The notes under the pieces were generated by a model, which worked only from the letters and a program-made list of their open reading frames with translations, searched no databases and was not told the DNA's origin. A stretch of 63,997 nucleotides of DNA, counting the filler, from Basidiobolus ranarum (lineage: Eukaryota), in NCBI GenBank assembly GCA_040143965.1. It is 6 parts of 6 records of this genome, joined end to end, with 100 filler letters (N's around TTAATTAATTAA, not from the genome) between each part and the next. Parts side by side here need not be neighbours in the genome. Positions count along the whole stretch, not along the records: positions 43,735 to 54,542 come from JASJQH010000665.1; positions 54,643 to 63,997 come from JASJQH010000837.1; 4 more parts are not named here. The stretch is one strand, 5' to 3'. The position numbers and the translations under genes are program-made. Shown one piece after another: positions 49,089-60,884 of this stretch. Position 1 is the stretch's first letter. Each line of letters opens with the position of its first letter.

Positions 49089-49635
49089 TAACACTTACAA
49101 CTTATCTTTTTGGTTTTGCATTTTTCCAAGTAAGATCAATAATCTCTTTGTATTTTCCTTCAAGGCTAGTCATTATAACATATGTAGAACACCAGACCTA
49201 GCTCCCTAGTAAGTTATCTGTTTACCACAACAAAGCAAATCTGCTGAGCTAATATCTCTACCCACAACAACTCCAAGACACTGTGTTTAAAACTGTCCAT
49301 AGTTAGGTACAGTTCAAGGGTTCCGATCAGCTTTGTCTTAGTCATCAAAGGTACACTGTATTGGGATGTGTAACTGCAAGTAGCTTGTACACAACATGTT
49401 TGGCCAACAGAGTTAAAGTTGTTGATTTAGCATCCCATTTATTTCAGTATAGATGCAAGAGGAGGCCATTACGTGTTGAATCTAGGGGGATGAAAGTCAC
49501 CAGTTGGTGTGAACTTTATTCAGGGTCAAGTTTTATCAACTTTTGTATATGCACTAATATTAAGATAATGCAGGAAGGTGTGAAGTGATCAATAAAGAAG
49601 TACAAAGGTAATAATAAAGCTACCACTTACGCTGT

Positions 49636-49835
49636 GCTGCTCTTTTGGTAAGAGTGCAGAATCTATTGGTTTGTTTGGCCAAAATGGGTTAGAGTAATGA
49701 TGATTCTGGTTAGGGTGCATTTTTCTACTACCACTTATGCCAGACTGCTCTCTCAGTAAGAGTGCAGAATCTTGGCAATTTGGTTGGTCAAGTTGGGTTA
49801 GGGTTAGAGTCATTCTAGTAAGAGCGCACTTTTCT
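49636..49835 (+). repeat. Two tandem copies of a ~95-bp dispersed repeat with GTAAGAGTGCA motifs and TTAGGG core
   Basis: gctgctct..ggtaagagtgcagaatc...ttggtcaa..gggttagggtt...gtaagagcgcacttttc; further copies at 51728 and 53206. Confidence 0.75.
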
Positions 49836-50211
49836 AATAAATGGAAGATTGACATAATCGCATTGCAAGTATCCCCTCTATAGACACTATAAACAAGTTC
49901 CGAACAAGTAGGTGTAGAATAAGCTACATCTTTGTTATCAGCTATAGGCCTCGGTGAACTGTTGGAGGGAGAGCCATTCTCGTTCTCATTCTCGTCGTCA
50001 ATAGGATTAAATTATTGAGAATTCTGAATTGTTCAGTATATTAAGTTGTTCCGTATATAATTTTCCAAATTGAATAGTAATAAAAGTATATTCTGTACCC
50101 AGTAAATGGCCTTGTTACGAATTCATATTTATATATATTAGGACATGTGGAAAAAATCAACACTTAGGGCAACACTCTAGCCTTATTTGGTATTGGTTGG
50201 ACTCTTAGTAT

Positions 50212-51453
50212 TTATTCAAAAACGATGACAGCACGGAATCTTGGTTTTCCGCTCATCATATCTTCGTAAGCCTGCTTCGCTTGATCAAGTGTATATGTTT
50301 GAATCAATGGCTTTGTATCAGTTAATGCTGAGAACTTGAGTGCATCTTCGGCATCCTAAGCAATTGAAACATTAATTAGTTATTATTGTGATTCCGCAGT
50401 TACGAAATTGAAACAACATACTGCTTGAGTACCACTAGGCCATCCACGAATCTGAGCTCTTTTAAGGATGAGATTAATCGATTCAATCTTCAAAGGCTCG
50501 GGGAGCATCGCAACAACGAGTAAAGTTCCATCAAAAGCCAAACCCTCAACCAATTTGGATACGTCACCTCCAGGAGCTGTAACCACGATTAATTTGGCTC
50601 CTCCCAATTTTTGAAGCTCCTCTACGGCGTCTTGACTAGACTGATCAATATATACGTGAGCACCCAAGTCACTTGCGAGTTCTTTCTTGTTTGAGGAGCT
50701 TGAGAGAGCAACAGTGCGATAACCAAACTTATTGGCATATTGAATGGCCAGATGACCGAGGCCACCAATTCCCACAACAGCGCACACATCTCCAGGGCTA
50801 AGATTGTTCATATTTCTCATGGAGTTATAGACAGTAATTCCTGCACAAAGTAGGGGAGCAGCTTCTGCTGAGCTAAGCTCTTCGGGAATTCTACAACAAG
50901 CGCTTTGTCTTGCAACCATGTATTGTGCGTAACCTCCATCTTGGTATACTCCAGTAATCCAGTGTTTATCACAATCAATGAAAGATCCACGACGGCAGGC
51001 TTCACAATTCCCACAATAACCGCCACTCCATCCCACACCAATACGCATACCTTCCTTATAGAGTGAACAGACCTACACATTTGAAACAATGTAAATCCCA
51101 GTTCAAAATTGACGCCAACGTCCCCTAAACTACTTACGTTTTCACCTAGTTGCTGAATTCTACCAACAACTTCATGGCCAGGGACTCTAGGATAGCTCAG
51201 TCCAGGCATAAGACTGTGCTTCAAAATGCAATCACTAAAAGTACAATTTGTAAGCAACCATCAAAAGAAGTAGCAAAGAATGGATGGCAGCATACCTATG
51301 ACAGACTCCACATGCTTCCACTTTGATCAAGACTTCATCTGGCCCCGGTTGAGGAATGGGTCTCTCTACCACTTCCAAGTCACTTTCGGGTTGATTAAAA
51401 ACTGCACACTTCATAGACATACTGCGAGAAAAAGATGATGGAATTTTTAGCAT
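50212..51453 (-). CDS. Zinc-dependent alcohol dehydrogenase (MDR family), 4 exons
   Basis: CGVCH, PGHEVVG, CGNCEACRRG...C (structural Zn), APLLCAGITVYN, GIGGLGH, C-terminal MMSGKPRFRAVIVFE*. Confidence 0.93.
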
Positions 51454-51727
51454 AAGTGTTTACCTTATATGCAAGTGAGAAAAATACCGCAGCCGTCACT
51501 ACTTCAGTTTGCTTAGTGATAAGCCTTTGGAAAGATAATTTCTAGGTGGCGCTTGACCTGACAAAGTAGCCCGAGAAAGCAATAACTGCGGAAGCTCAGC
51601 AACCAATCACTACGTCCCAGTTTATTAGTTCTTTTTCCATCTTATCTGGCAAATCCGGGATTTCGGTTTCTTTACTATTCTGATCGGCTATGTATTCATG
51701 CTGATTAAACTAACTGGGCTATGCCGG

Positions 51728-51819
51728 GCTGCTCTTTCGGTAAGAGTGCAGACTCTTAGCGATATGATTGGTCAAAGTGGGTTAGGGTTTAGACCATTCC
51801 GGCAAGAGTGCACTTTTCC
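51728..51819 (+). repeat. Copy of the ~95-bp GTAAGAGTGCA/TTAGGG repeat
   Basis: gctgctctttcggtaagagtgcagactc...gggttagggttt...gcaagagtgcacttttcc. Confidence 0.75.
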
Positions 51820-52129
51820 TTTGACGAATCACACCAGTCCAATGGGACTACTCTTGATTCTCGTAAGTCTACCGAGACTTGAGATATCATAAACACTACG
51901 TTGGCTCATGACTCCCTCAAATCCACTGATGATCAGAAGTATGAAAATAAGTCCAGCCTGTTTGAGCAGAAGATTCTCTAGTTTTACACTTATATCCTCA
52001 CGAGAAATGTCCCCGATATTGTTATTTTACTTATTGTTAAAGCAGTTAGAGAGAGCAAATCAGTTCCAATTTCTGATCGACTTGGTTATGCGCAGAGGTA
52101 CTTCTAGAACCAAGGAACGTAGTGATGAG

Positions 52130-52663
52130 AAGTCAGTATATATTGTGCACCAGGTACCAAGATATAATTGTTAGCCTTTTGAGAGTGCTCATTGACAGAG
52201 CCCATCTCATCCTTTCAACCAATCTTCCTTCTTTCCAGCTAAAGGTATGACGTAAAATATATGGTGTAAAACACTGATAATTGCTCCACATTGCCACTGG
52301 GTTCATAATTACGACTACACTTGAGTAGAGACTCAGCAATGTCTACCCATTTTACAAGTTGAATCTGATCAGTCTCCAACTCCTTGATTCTATCAGGGGA
52401 TGCCTTTGACAGGACATAATTGATATGTAAAGTATGAAGATTGGCTTCTTCTTTAGTGATAAGGTTTAGGAAGTAGGATAAATTCAAGAATCCTTCAGTC
52501 CATCTTAGTACATATGAGACGGAATGTTCACTAGCCCGACAAAAGCTACTCGTTGATTCTGAGCTTCTAATCGTTTAGCAATCTCATATGCTACCACTCC
52601 CCCATAAGAATATTCAGATGCAGCGTAGGGTCCTTCCAGTTGAGTTTTACGAAGAAAGGTGAT
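52130..52663 (-). pseudogene. Relic thioesterase domain of an A-T-TE quinone synthetase (atromentin-synthetase-type NRPS-like enzyme)
   Basis: Across frameshifts and stops: RKTQLEGPYAASEYSYGGVVAYEIAKRLEAQNQRVAFVGLVNIPSH / WTEGFLNLSYFLNLITKEEA...SPDRIKELE...KWVDIAESLLKCSRNYEPSGNVEQLSVFY / IPLAGKKEDWL / VPGAQYT. Confidence 0.8.
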
Positions 52664-53052
52664 AGGATTCTAAGCAAAGGCTAGAACTAGGCCCAAATAT
52701 CTAAATAAAAGCACATACTTCAAATATAGATATCAACTAGTTATTAAATTGGGAGTGCTTGCAAGTTATGAACCATATTTCTCGCTGACCATCATCACTG
52801 TTTCCAAGGTTAATTCGCTTATTGTGACAAAGTTATAACAGTATAACTAGGCACAACCATAAGTTCACAGTAGAATTGGACTTCCATTCAAATAGACATA
52901 CGAAAAAGCAAACTATACGTATTAAGAACATTCTTACACTAAACTGGATTCAAATGTGATTGATTTAGATAAGGTTTTGGCTCAGCTTTTCTGTATATAC
53001 CTAATCAGCAACGCTGAGTGGCCCAGAATTCAATAGCTATCCTAAGGTTTTG

Positions 53053-53160
53053 TAGGTTACTTGATATAGGTTACTCAATATGGTTTATTCGATATAGGAT
53101 ACTCGATATAGGTTACTCAATATAGCTTATTCGATATAGGTTACTCCATATAGGTTACTT
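53053..53160 (+). repeat. 14-bp minisatellite (about 7-8 copies, consensus taggttactcgata)
   Basis: taggttacttgata taggttactcaata tggtttattcgata taggatactcgata taggttactcaata tagcttattcgata taggttactccata taggttact. Confidence 0.9.
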
Positions 53161-53205
53161 GGGAATGTATTGGCATTATATATTATATTGTACCACTTTT
53201 GCCAT

Positions 53206-53395
53206 GCTGCTCTTTCGGTAAGAGTGCAGAATCATAGCGACTTGATTGGTCAAAATCGATTTAGGGTTATGGTCTTTCCAGTAAGGTGCAATTTTCCTAC
53301 TGCTTATACTGGGGTACTTTTCCGGTAAGAGTGCATACGGTAAGTGTGGACTTATCCTACCTATTTGCCCATGCTACTCATTCAGTAAGAGTGTA
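53206..53395 (+). repeat. Copy plus partial copies of the ~95-bp GTAAGAGTGCA/TTAGGG repeat
   Basis: gctgctctttcggtaagagtgcagaatc...ttagggtta...; extra ggtaagagtgca and gtaagagtgta motifs follow. Confidence 0.7.
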
Positions 53396-53410
53396 AAATT
53401 GGTCCATTTG

Positions 53411-54215
53411 ATTGGAAATGGAGGAGACAATCGTAATGGAGATGGTGGCATCGGAGCTGGTGCATATGATGCTGGTAAGGTTAGTAATGGAAGCTGCTGC
53501 GGTAACAGTGGGAAAGGTAATTTAGGAGATAATTGCTACGGTAAGAGCAATAATGGAGCTGGCACTTCTGATTCTGGAAAGAGTAGTAGTGAAAACGGTG
53601 CTAGAAATGGTTGTTCCGGCAACAGAGGAGATAATAGCAATCACAATGGTGGTGAAGGAGCTGGCCATCACGGTGATTCAAATAGTTAAGACAATGGAGC
53701 TGGTACTTACAATACTGGAACGGGTGGAAATGGAAATGGTGATGGTAACAGTGGCTCTGGTGATACAGGGGATAATGGGATTTAAGCTGGTACTCATGAT
53801 GCTAGACAGTGTGGAGATGGTAATGGTGATAGTGGTCCTGGCAGTGGAGGAGACAGTGGCAATAGAGCTGGCTCTTATGATACTGTAAAGGGTGTTCCTG
53901 GCAATAGAGCTGGGAACGGTGGTGCTGGAAATGGAGGAGACAATGGCAACGGCGGTAATGAAGCCAGCATTTATGATACTGGAAAGGGTGGTAATGGCAA
54001 TGGAGATGGAAAAGATGGTGCGAGAAATAGAGGAGACAACAGAAATGGCAATAGTGGCAATAGACATGGATCTTGCAATTTTCGAAAATATAGTGATGTA
54101 AATTATCACGGTAACAGTGATGCTGGCAATGGAGCTGGCACCTATGATACTGAGAAGGGTGCCAATGGCAATGAAGATGGTAACGGTGGTGCTGGAAATG
54201 GAGACAATGGCAATA
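53411..54215 (+). pseudogene. Decayed Gly/Asn-rich tandem-repeat coding sequence
   Basis: One frame reads GN/GD-rich repeats with recurring GAG(T/S)YD(T/A)GKG, interrupted by two in-frame TAA stops (~53687, ~53782); no ATG or signal peptide. Confidence 0.65.
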
Positions 54216-54219
54216 GGGT

Positions 54220-54420
54220 TAGGGGGAAACAGGCACCAACAGGTGAACTCTTTATTTCATACAAAACAATGAAGCCATAACTACTATTGTAATTTCTCAA
54301 TTAAAGCAGGGGGGATGAAAAGCACCAGAAGGTAGGGGGGAGACAGTCACCAAAAGGTGAAATCTTTATTTTAAAACAAAACAAAGAAGCAATAACTACT
54401 TTTGTAGTTTCTTAACTAAT
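54220..54420 (+). repeat. Imperfect ~115-bp direct duplication containing a dispersed GGGGGATGAAAAGCACCAG motif
   Basis: ggcaccaacaggtgaactctttatttcatacaaaacaatgaagccataactact vs gtcaccaaaaggtgaaatctttattttaaaacaaaacaaagaagcaataactact; the motif also occurs at 49483 (+) and 162-183 (-). Confidence 0.65.
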
Positions 54421-54542
54421 ATAAGGAGATCTGGGGTATTTGTATGAATGTTGCAAAGCAGAAAAGTTAAGTCAGTAGAATCTAAGACACTGTTAAGTGG
54501 AGTTGGAGGGAGTAACAAAGGTAAAAATGGTTTGTCAACATT

Positions 54543-54642
54543 NNNNNNNNNNNNNNNNNNNNNNNNNNNNNNNNNNNNNNNNNNNNTTAATTAATTAANN
54601 NNNNNNNNNNNNNNNNNNNNNNNNNNNNNNNNNNNNNNNNNN
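54543..54642. other. Artificial contig-joining spacer
   Basis: N44-TTAATTAATTAA-N44. Confidence 0.98.
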
Positions 54643-54864
54643 AGGTCTCTTGCGGTTACCACGACGAACACGGATACGGTAGATAACGTAACCTTGCTTG
54701 GCCTTGTAACCCAAACGACGAGCCTTGTCGGGACGGGAAGGACGAGAAGCACGATGAATGACATTCAATTGTCTGTATTCCCAACAACGGACACGAAGTA
54801 AGAAGCCCATGACATCGGACTGCTTCTTCTTATACAACTCTTCGATATACTTGTAGGCACCCAT
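54643..54864 (-). CDS. RPL15: 60S ribosomal protein L15 (eL15), 5' part; probable 5'-UTR intron 54884-55056
   Basis: [33 protein letters not shown]...[15 protein letters not shown]; truncated by spacer. Confidence 0.97.
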
Positions 54865-56963
54865 GTTTGGCGTTGGCTACCGACTAAATTGATAGAAAAG
54901 ATGACTTAGTAGACGTAATATAAAATGGTTGTTAATCTTGCATGGTTGTAAGCGTATATCTGAACTACTCGAACAGATTTATTTATCTGTATTTGCCAAG
55001 TAAAATATTCAACGGATGCATGCCTAAGATTCAATGGATGAATATTTGAAACTCACCTTGAAATTTGAACAGTAAAAAGGCAAAGAGGGGGAGAGATATG
55101 CTCACTAATCACGCTTTTATTGAGGCTTTTTCTTCGTAATGAATTTTTCAAAATCTTAGTTGTATTTCCACCATAACAAACATCGAGTTTAACTTAATTA
55201 TCCAATTGTTGTGATTAAAATCAAATGTCGATTGATCTTGGATATGCAGATTATCGCGGATATAACATTGGATTAAGTTGAGGTAGATTCATGTCAGTTT
55301 ATTCGAGATGTTCATTTTTGGTGGTTTTCTGTACAAGCTTCAGTCTTAACCTGGAAGCCAGTTTTGCGGTGAGTAGTACTCCTTAGCTAAGGTATTATTA
55401 CAGCTACGACTTCAATTGAATACAAAGAAACGGTCAAAGTCATTAAATATTTTGCTTAAACCATAATTATTACCTGGAATTATCTTGATAAGCTATATAC
55501 TGAACAACCAAAGAGGTCAATTGTAACATGAAATATTTCTGAAGCGACGTGATTGTGGCTGATCTCTTGCTACTTTTACCTCTCATTCCTAATATACAAT
55601 AAAGCTCTCGTTGTGTATATCTGATAGGCGTAGGATTACTTTAGCTGGTGAAAATTGAGAGCTAAGTTTTGTTTGTTACAACAGAAAAAATAGTTTTTAC
55701 TTTGTTGTTGGCATTGTAACGTTGAGGGACTTCACCGAAGTTTTAGCAAGTGCTCTCGAAATGTACTAAATGTACTTGGATGACGAATAATATACATATT
55801 GTTAATGTTGCTGAAGTATTAACGAACTAACAACTCCCGACGGAAGATGTCACGAATCAACGTTGGATGAGTACACTGAATACCAATAGAGTCGGGAAGA
55901 AATAATTGTATATCCATAATATACCTACACAGCTACCTTCAAATTCTTATATATAACAAACAGTGGTAGCTAGTTATAAGCAGAGCCGAACATCAAGCTT
56001 TCTAGATATATCTCAACCACTGTACATTGTTTGTAAAGACGTTGGGCCGTTTGATATGCTTACTCTGTTGCATTCCTCGGCTTTTTCAAGCTCCACATTA
56101 TTGTTCAAATCAAAACACCCGACCCCAGCTTTAGTGAAACAACTTTTCAATAAGATAGCGTGACTATCTTCGGAGTAGATGCTCTCTCACCAATGAGTCA
56201 GTTTTCTCTAAATCCTATTTATTTCAATGGCTCTTCTATCAACTGGGTCCGTTGGTTGCAGTCAGATGAACGTAGTATGTTTCTTATTTCTACACATTTT
56301 ACTTTGACCCATCAAGCGTCTCTGTTTGAGCCTCTATAAAACATCCCATTGGCACGATCATGTGTATTAAATATGGGAGATGAGGGCACTGGTGTTCATT
56401 CTTGCCGACCAGAGCGGCCTAATGAATCATATCTAGCTACGGCATAAACCAATCATACTTTAGAAGGTGTTAGCATCCATTAAACAAGAGCTTGCATGTT
56501 GGACCATTCATCAGACCATATCCAGTAAAGCCTCCGTATTAAGTATGTACGGTAATTAATGGCTTAGGTAACGATCTCTATATTTTCGATTCTCATAAAT
56601 TCGGAACATTTTGAACATGTTTTCTAACACACCTCCCACTCAATAGACGTGATGGATAACCATATATGGAATACCATCAACAGCCTTGGATCAGTCCTTA
56701 GCTGAATATGCTTTTAGAATACAGCATTTATTGATCATTTAGGTAAGTATGTCAAGTTCACGTGGAGCTAAATATATCCTTTATCTCACCACATTTTCAC
56801 TCTATGACTGTTAATTCTCTTCTCTTTAACATTTCTGAATTTTACCTTTGTACAGTCAAGTTAAACTCCTTAATACTTGTAGAAGTTTTGAACTCTTAAC
56901 CTCCACTCTGCTGATTAGTTCTTACCTCTTCCTAACCAAATCCCAACGAACCAAACCATAAGC

Positions 56964-57966
56964 ATGGAGGGAAAATTACCAATCAAGTTAAACGCACTTG
57001 CGGATAATACCTTAATGCTAATTCACGAACGTAATAGAAGCCAAAGTCTTGGATTGAACTATCAACAGCAGGAGAAAACCATTAAAAAGAATATGGAACG
57101 TATTCAGGAAGGCATACAACAACTAGAGAAGGAGTTATCCAAGGATGAGGAGACTGGAGTAAGGTATAGTGTCAATTTTCTCTCTTGCCAAGACGAGATA
57201 TTTTCCTTGGGAAATTACTGATATCTTTTTTTCAACCCACACTCTTTATCAAGTTCGTTGTTATTGAGACAGAAAGAAGACCAAGTTATAAAGTTATCTG
57301 AGCAATACGAGAGGTTAGAAACTTTGTTGAGTGGAGATAAAAGTGAAAACGCTCGGTAAGTATTCATAAAAAATGAATGGACAATTTGAAAGTTCTGAGC
57401 CTGAAAAACATCCATATGCAGTGAACTTCTTTTAGGGAATATCTCACCGAAGAGTAGAAAATGGGAAACCACTATACATGTTGATGATGACCTTGAGAAT
57501 GGTCAAGTTCTTCAACTACAAGAAAGAATCATGGACGGTAAGTTTTTTCTTTCCATATAATAGCAATTCATTATTCGAGATACCTAAGCAATTCTTGTTC
57601 TTTTCTAACACTGTTCACTTGACTTTGTGTCTACCAGAACAAGACCGAAGCTTGGATCAACTAAGCGAAGCTGTTGGAAGGCAAAGAGAATTGGGATTAC
57701 TGATTACAGATGAACTGGATCGTCATATCGAATTACTCGATGAGACGGATGAAGCGATTGATTCTACTCAACGAAGACTGACTAGTGCTCGTAAAAGATT
57801 GGACTATGTTAGAAGGAAAACTAAGGAAGCTGGTAAGATTTGTAACTACGATTATCAAGGTCTTGACTGATAGCAAATACACTCTCATATAGGATCCACG
57901 TGCGTCATCCTGGTTCTGCTTTTACTTCTGCTAATAGTTATCTTGATTGCAAAAATGTTCCGGTGA
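56964..57966 (+). CDS. Qc-SNARE, syntaxin-8/SYN8-like, multi-exon with C-terminal TM
   Basis: SNARE motif EQDRSLDQLSEAVGRQRELGLLITDELDRHIELLDE...RLTSARKRL; last exon GSTCVILVLLLLLLIVILIAKMFR*. Confidence 0.85.
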
Positions 57967-58978
57967 TATATATAGCATCGGTAAGATATGGGTTACCCAT
58001 ACTATCCTTGTATTTTGGTTTAGAAATAAAGAAGGAATATTTTGTTTCATGGCTGAAATCACCAGATGCGTCTATCGGCAGTGCGCAGTTAGTTCATTCT
58101 AAATGAAGTACTAACACCCAAAGCCAAATCTGCTCAAACAAAGGATGTTACCTACGGTTAGCAGAGTGTTTCTATACAGCAAGAATCAGCAACCGAGTCG
58201 TAGACATGCAACGATCTTGCCTACATCGAACAAATAGCAAAAACCAGATGCCAAGACTTGTAGATCTCGACAATTCCAACGAAAGAGCAAGCTTGAAGTT
58301 CGATATAGCTGTTACAGTATTTTAATTCAAAATGAGACGAATTAAAGAAAGCAATTAGACAATTCATAAAATAAATGGGACGATCGTAAAAAATTGGAGA
58401 TAAGTGAAGACACAACGTAAAAGAAAAAGTGTTCAAAGACTTACTCTGTATCAAAAGTTTAGTGTTGCGATAGCTACACAGGATGGTTTGCTTTTTTCGT
58501 TGGTCGACTGCTGCTAGCTGACGAGATACCCTTTTTTTATAGCCAGTGGAGAGAGGCTCCTTCAATCTGCAAAGACGTTCTGGTCTTTCCCCATTTGAGC
58601 GCAAGTTAAAAAGGATATGTCTAAAGTTCAAAGTAACAGCCATGTCACCATTCTTTCACTAAAATGTTTACATTTTGTCAATCTATATTCAAGTCAATGC
58701 AAACAAGGTTCACAAGATTTCATGACACAGAAATGTGGTATCTATATTCAGTGGATCATTTATCCAGTCCTACATGTCGGTGTTTACTATATATTCAAGC
58801 CTCAAATAACATTCAGATGAGCCTCTATATGCAAGCTGACTGAAAAGTTCAGATCAACCCCCCATTCCGGGTAAAAATCCACAACTTTTTTTCTTGAAAT
58901 ACGATAATACGGTGATGTTTGCGTAAACAGTAATCATAATTTTTCTTGTCTTTGTGGCTAGTTTCCTCAATACGTACA

Positions 58979-59522
58979 ATGGAACAGCCAAGTTCTCTAG
59001 TGTTAATCAACAATTCCATTCAGCAGCTTCACTTGTTGATTTCTCAAGTAGCTACTATATATCAGAAATTGAGCGAATATAAAGTCATCCAAACCGATAA
59101 TGGACAGATTGAAGACGAAACTGAAAAAGAGGTAGAGAAGCTAAAGGAAGAGTATACTCTCGTATCAAAGAGATTAAGGGAGTGTTTGGAAGCATTGAAC
59201 ACGAATCTCTCCCAAGAAGTAAGTTGACTTCCAATTTGTGGCGAGTGATTGAGTCAGTCAATAGTAATGTTTTTTTTGTGTATTTCATGAAAATAGAAAG
59301 TTGAAAAAGATGTGAACTTATTGCGTGATACCAGAGACAAGTTAAGAGAAGTTGGTGTTCCCTTCTATGCTTTGATGCAGATTGAGTTTGTTTCTTATGC
59401 AATCCATCCACCTTTCACAGGAAGCTTTGGAGAAATCTGCAAAGGTTAAATTGATTCTTGACCGATGCTACCAGCTACGATTTATTAGTAGCAGTATATT
59501 AGCTGCCTCCGAGACTAAGTGA
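58979..59522 (+). CDS. Small coiled-coil protein (131 aa, 3 exons), possibly Mediator MED30-like
   Basis: Exons 58979-59218, 59297-59350, 59421-59522 join at phase 0 with GT-AG. C-terminus LLRDTRDKLREEALEKSAKVKLILDRCYQLRFISSSIL. Gene model fairly confident; family weak. Confidence 0.6.
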
Positions 59523-60356
59523 CATAGACGAGTATAGAGCTAGTTTATAATTTTGAACTTGTAAGGGCGGTCACCCTTGCTTTTGACGTTGTTTTCCACT
59601 CTGGAGAGAGTAGTGATTTCAAAGGGTACCTACAAGGATAAGAGCCACAACATCAATTGTTTGTCACCAAGCAGACGTGTATCCCCTCCTATGTTTGTAA
59701 TTCTGACACGATTCAAGAATAAATGGATACTTGCAAAGTCAATCCAACGTTCGATCATCCCTGAATCCGATGCATTATGACATGATGAGCACAGCATGAT
59801 TCTTGAGCCAACATTGATATTAAATAGCTAACCAGTATTCAATTTCGGCTCAACCCTACAGCATGACGTCTGGTTGTTGAGCAACCTTACTCTTGGGAGT
59901 GCTGCCTTCAATATGGATACTTGCATCCTAATGAAGATGCGAAGACACCCCAAATCCTGTTTTTAGATCCAAATTATAATTATTGATAAGCATAACCTGG
60001 TTCGGCTCCAGGTACCATTCGTTTCATTCTGGTCGTAGTCAGAATCTGTTTAGGAAGATGACGCCATGACGATGGGTGATTTTGCCACTCATCACACCCT
60101 TTCGGTCATGAATTAAGCCATCAAGATGCTAGCATTACCTATTCGATCTCGTCATACGGGTCTTGTGGTTCTAAGTTGACGTACGTAAACTCTAACCAAT
60201 CAAGTGTTCGGAAGGTGTTTAGAGTGGCACGAACTTGACTCCGACCATGTATTTATAGCCAGGCGAAATTTCCACTTGACCACATTTTTCTCTTACCATA
60301 GCTGTTGTCTGGTTGTTATTTTTTAATTCGTCTCATTTTAGATTAAAACACTGTGG

Positions 60357-60884
60357 ATGTGGAAGCTTACAACCTTTATCTTGGCGCTGTTAGTGTGCCT
60401 TTCATTCGCCAGAGCTGACTTGAATCTGCAGGAAGAGGAACTCCAGGACGATGGAGATTATCTTGATCAACAAACCTACGACAATCCTTTAGGGAAACCA
60501 CTGGGCGATTCTCTTTTCGATTGTGGCAGTCCCTCCGACCTCCTTAAAATTTCATCCGTCACACTCTCTCCCGACCCTCCAAGTAAAGGACAAAAGTTAC
60601 GCATCCAAGGGTCGGGTGTCTTCACCGATGTAGTTGGAGAAGGTAGTTATGCTGTGGTTTCTGTCAAGTATGGACGCATTAGGATTCTTCAAATGAAGTT
60701 TGATACCTGCAAGGAGATCAAGCAAATCGATAAAGAATGCCCTCTTGGACCTGGTCCTCAAAGCATAGATGCCGAAGTTGATCTTCCAAAAGAAATTCCA
60801 CCTGGCAAGTATACTGCTCACGCACAGGTTTATACCAAGGATGGTCGTCAAGTTGCATGCGTCAATGGCCTCATCCAATTTTAA
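60357..60884 (+). CDS. NPC2: ML-domain lipid transfer protein (NPC2 / PG-PI transfer protein)
   Basis: Signal peptide; DCGSPSDLLKISSVTLSPDPPSKG, VKYGRI, DTC...ECPL, LPKEIPPGKY, VACV. Confidence 0.92.
   Translation: MWKLTTFILALLVCLSFARADLNLQEEELQDDGDYLDQQTYDNPLGKPLGDSLFDCGSPSDLLKISSVTLSPDPPSKGQKLRIQGSGVFTDVVGEGSYAVVSVKYGRIRILQMKFDTCKEIKQIDKECPLGPGPQSIDAEVDLPKEIPPGKYTAHAQVYTKDGRQVACVNGLIQF

Noticed and set aside
53053-53160. Regular short repeats suggesting a CRISPR array
   Set aside because: Head-to-tail 14-mers with no unique spacers, eukaryotic context, no cas genes.
53553-54109. Met/Val/Ile-rich hydrophobic ORFs (53553-53888, 53892-54101, 53678-54109)
   Set aside because: Shifted or antisense readings of the GGN/AAT Gly-Asn repeat frame.
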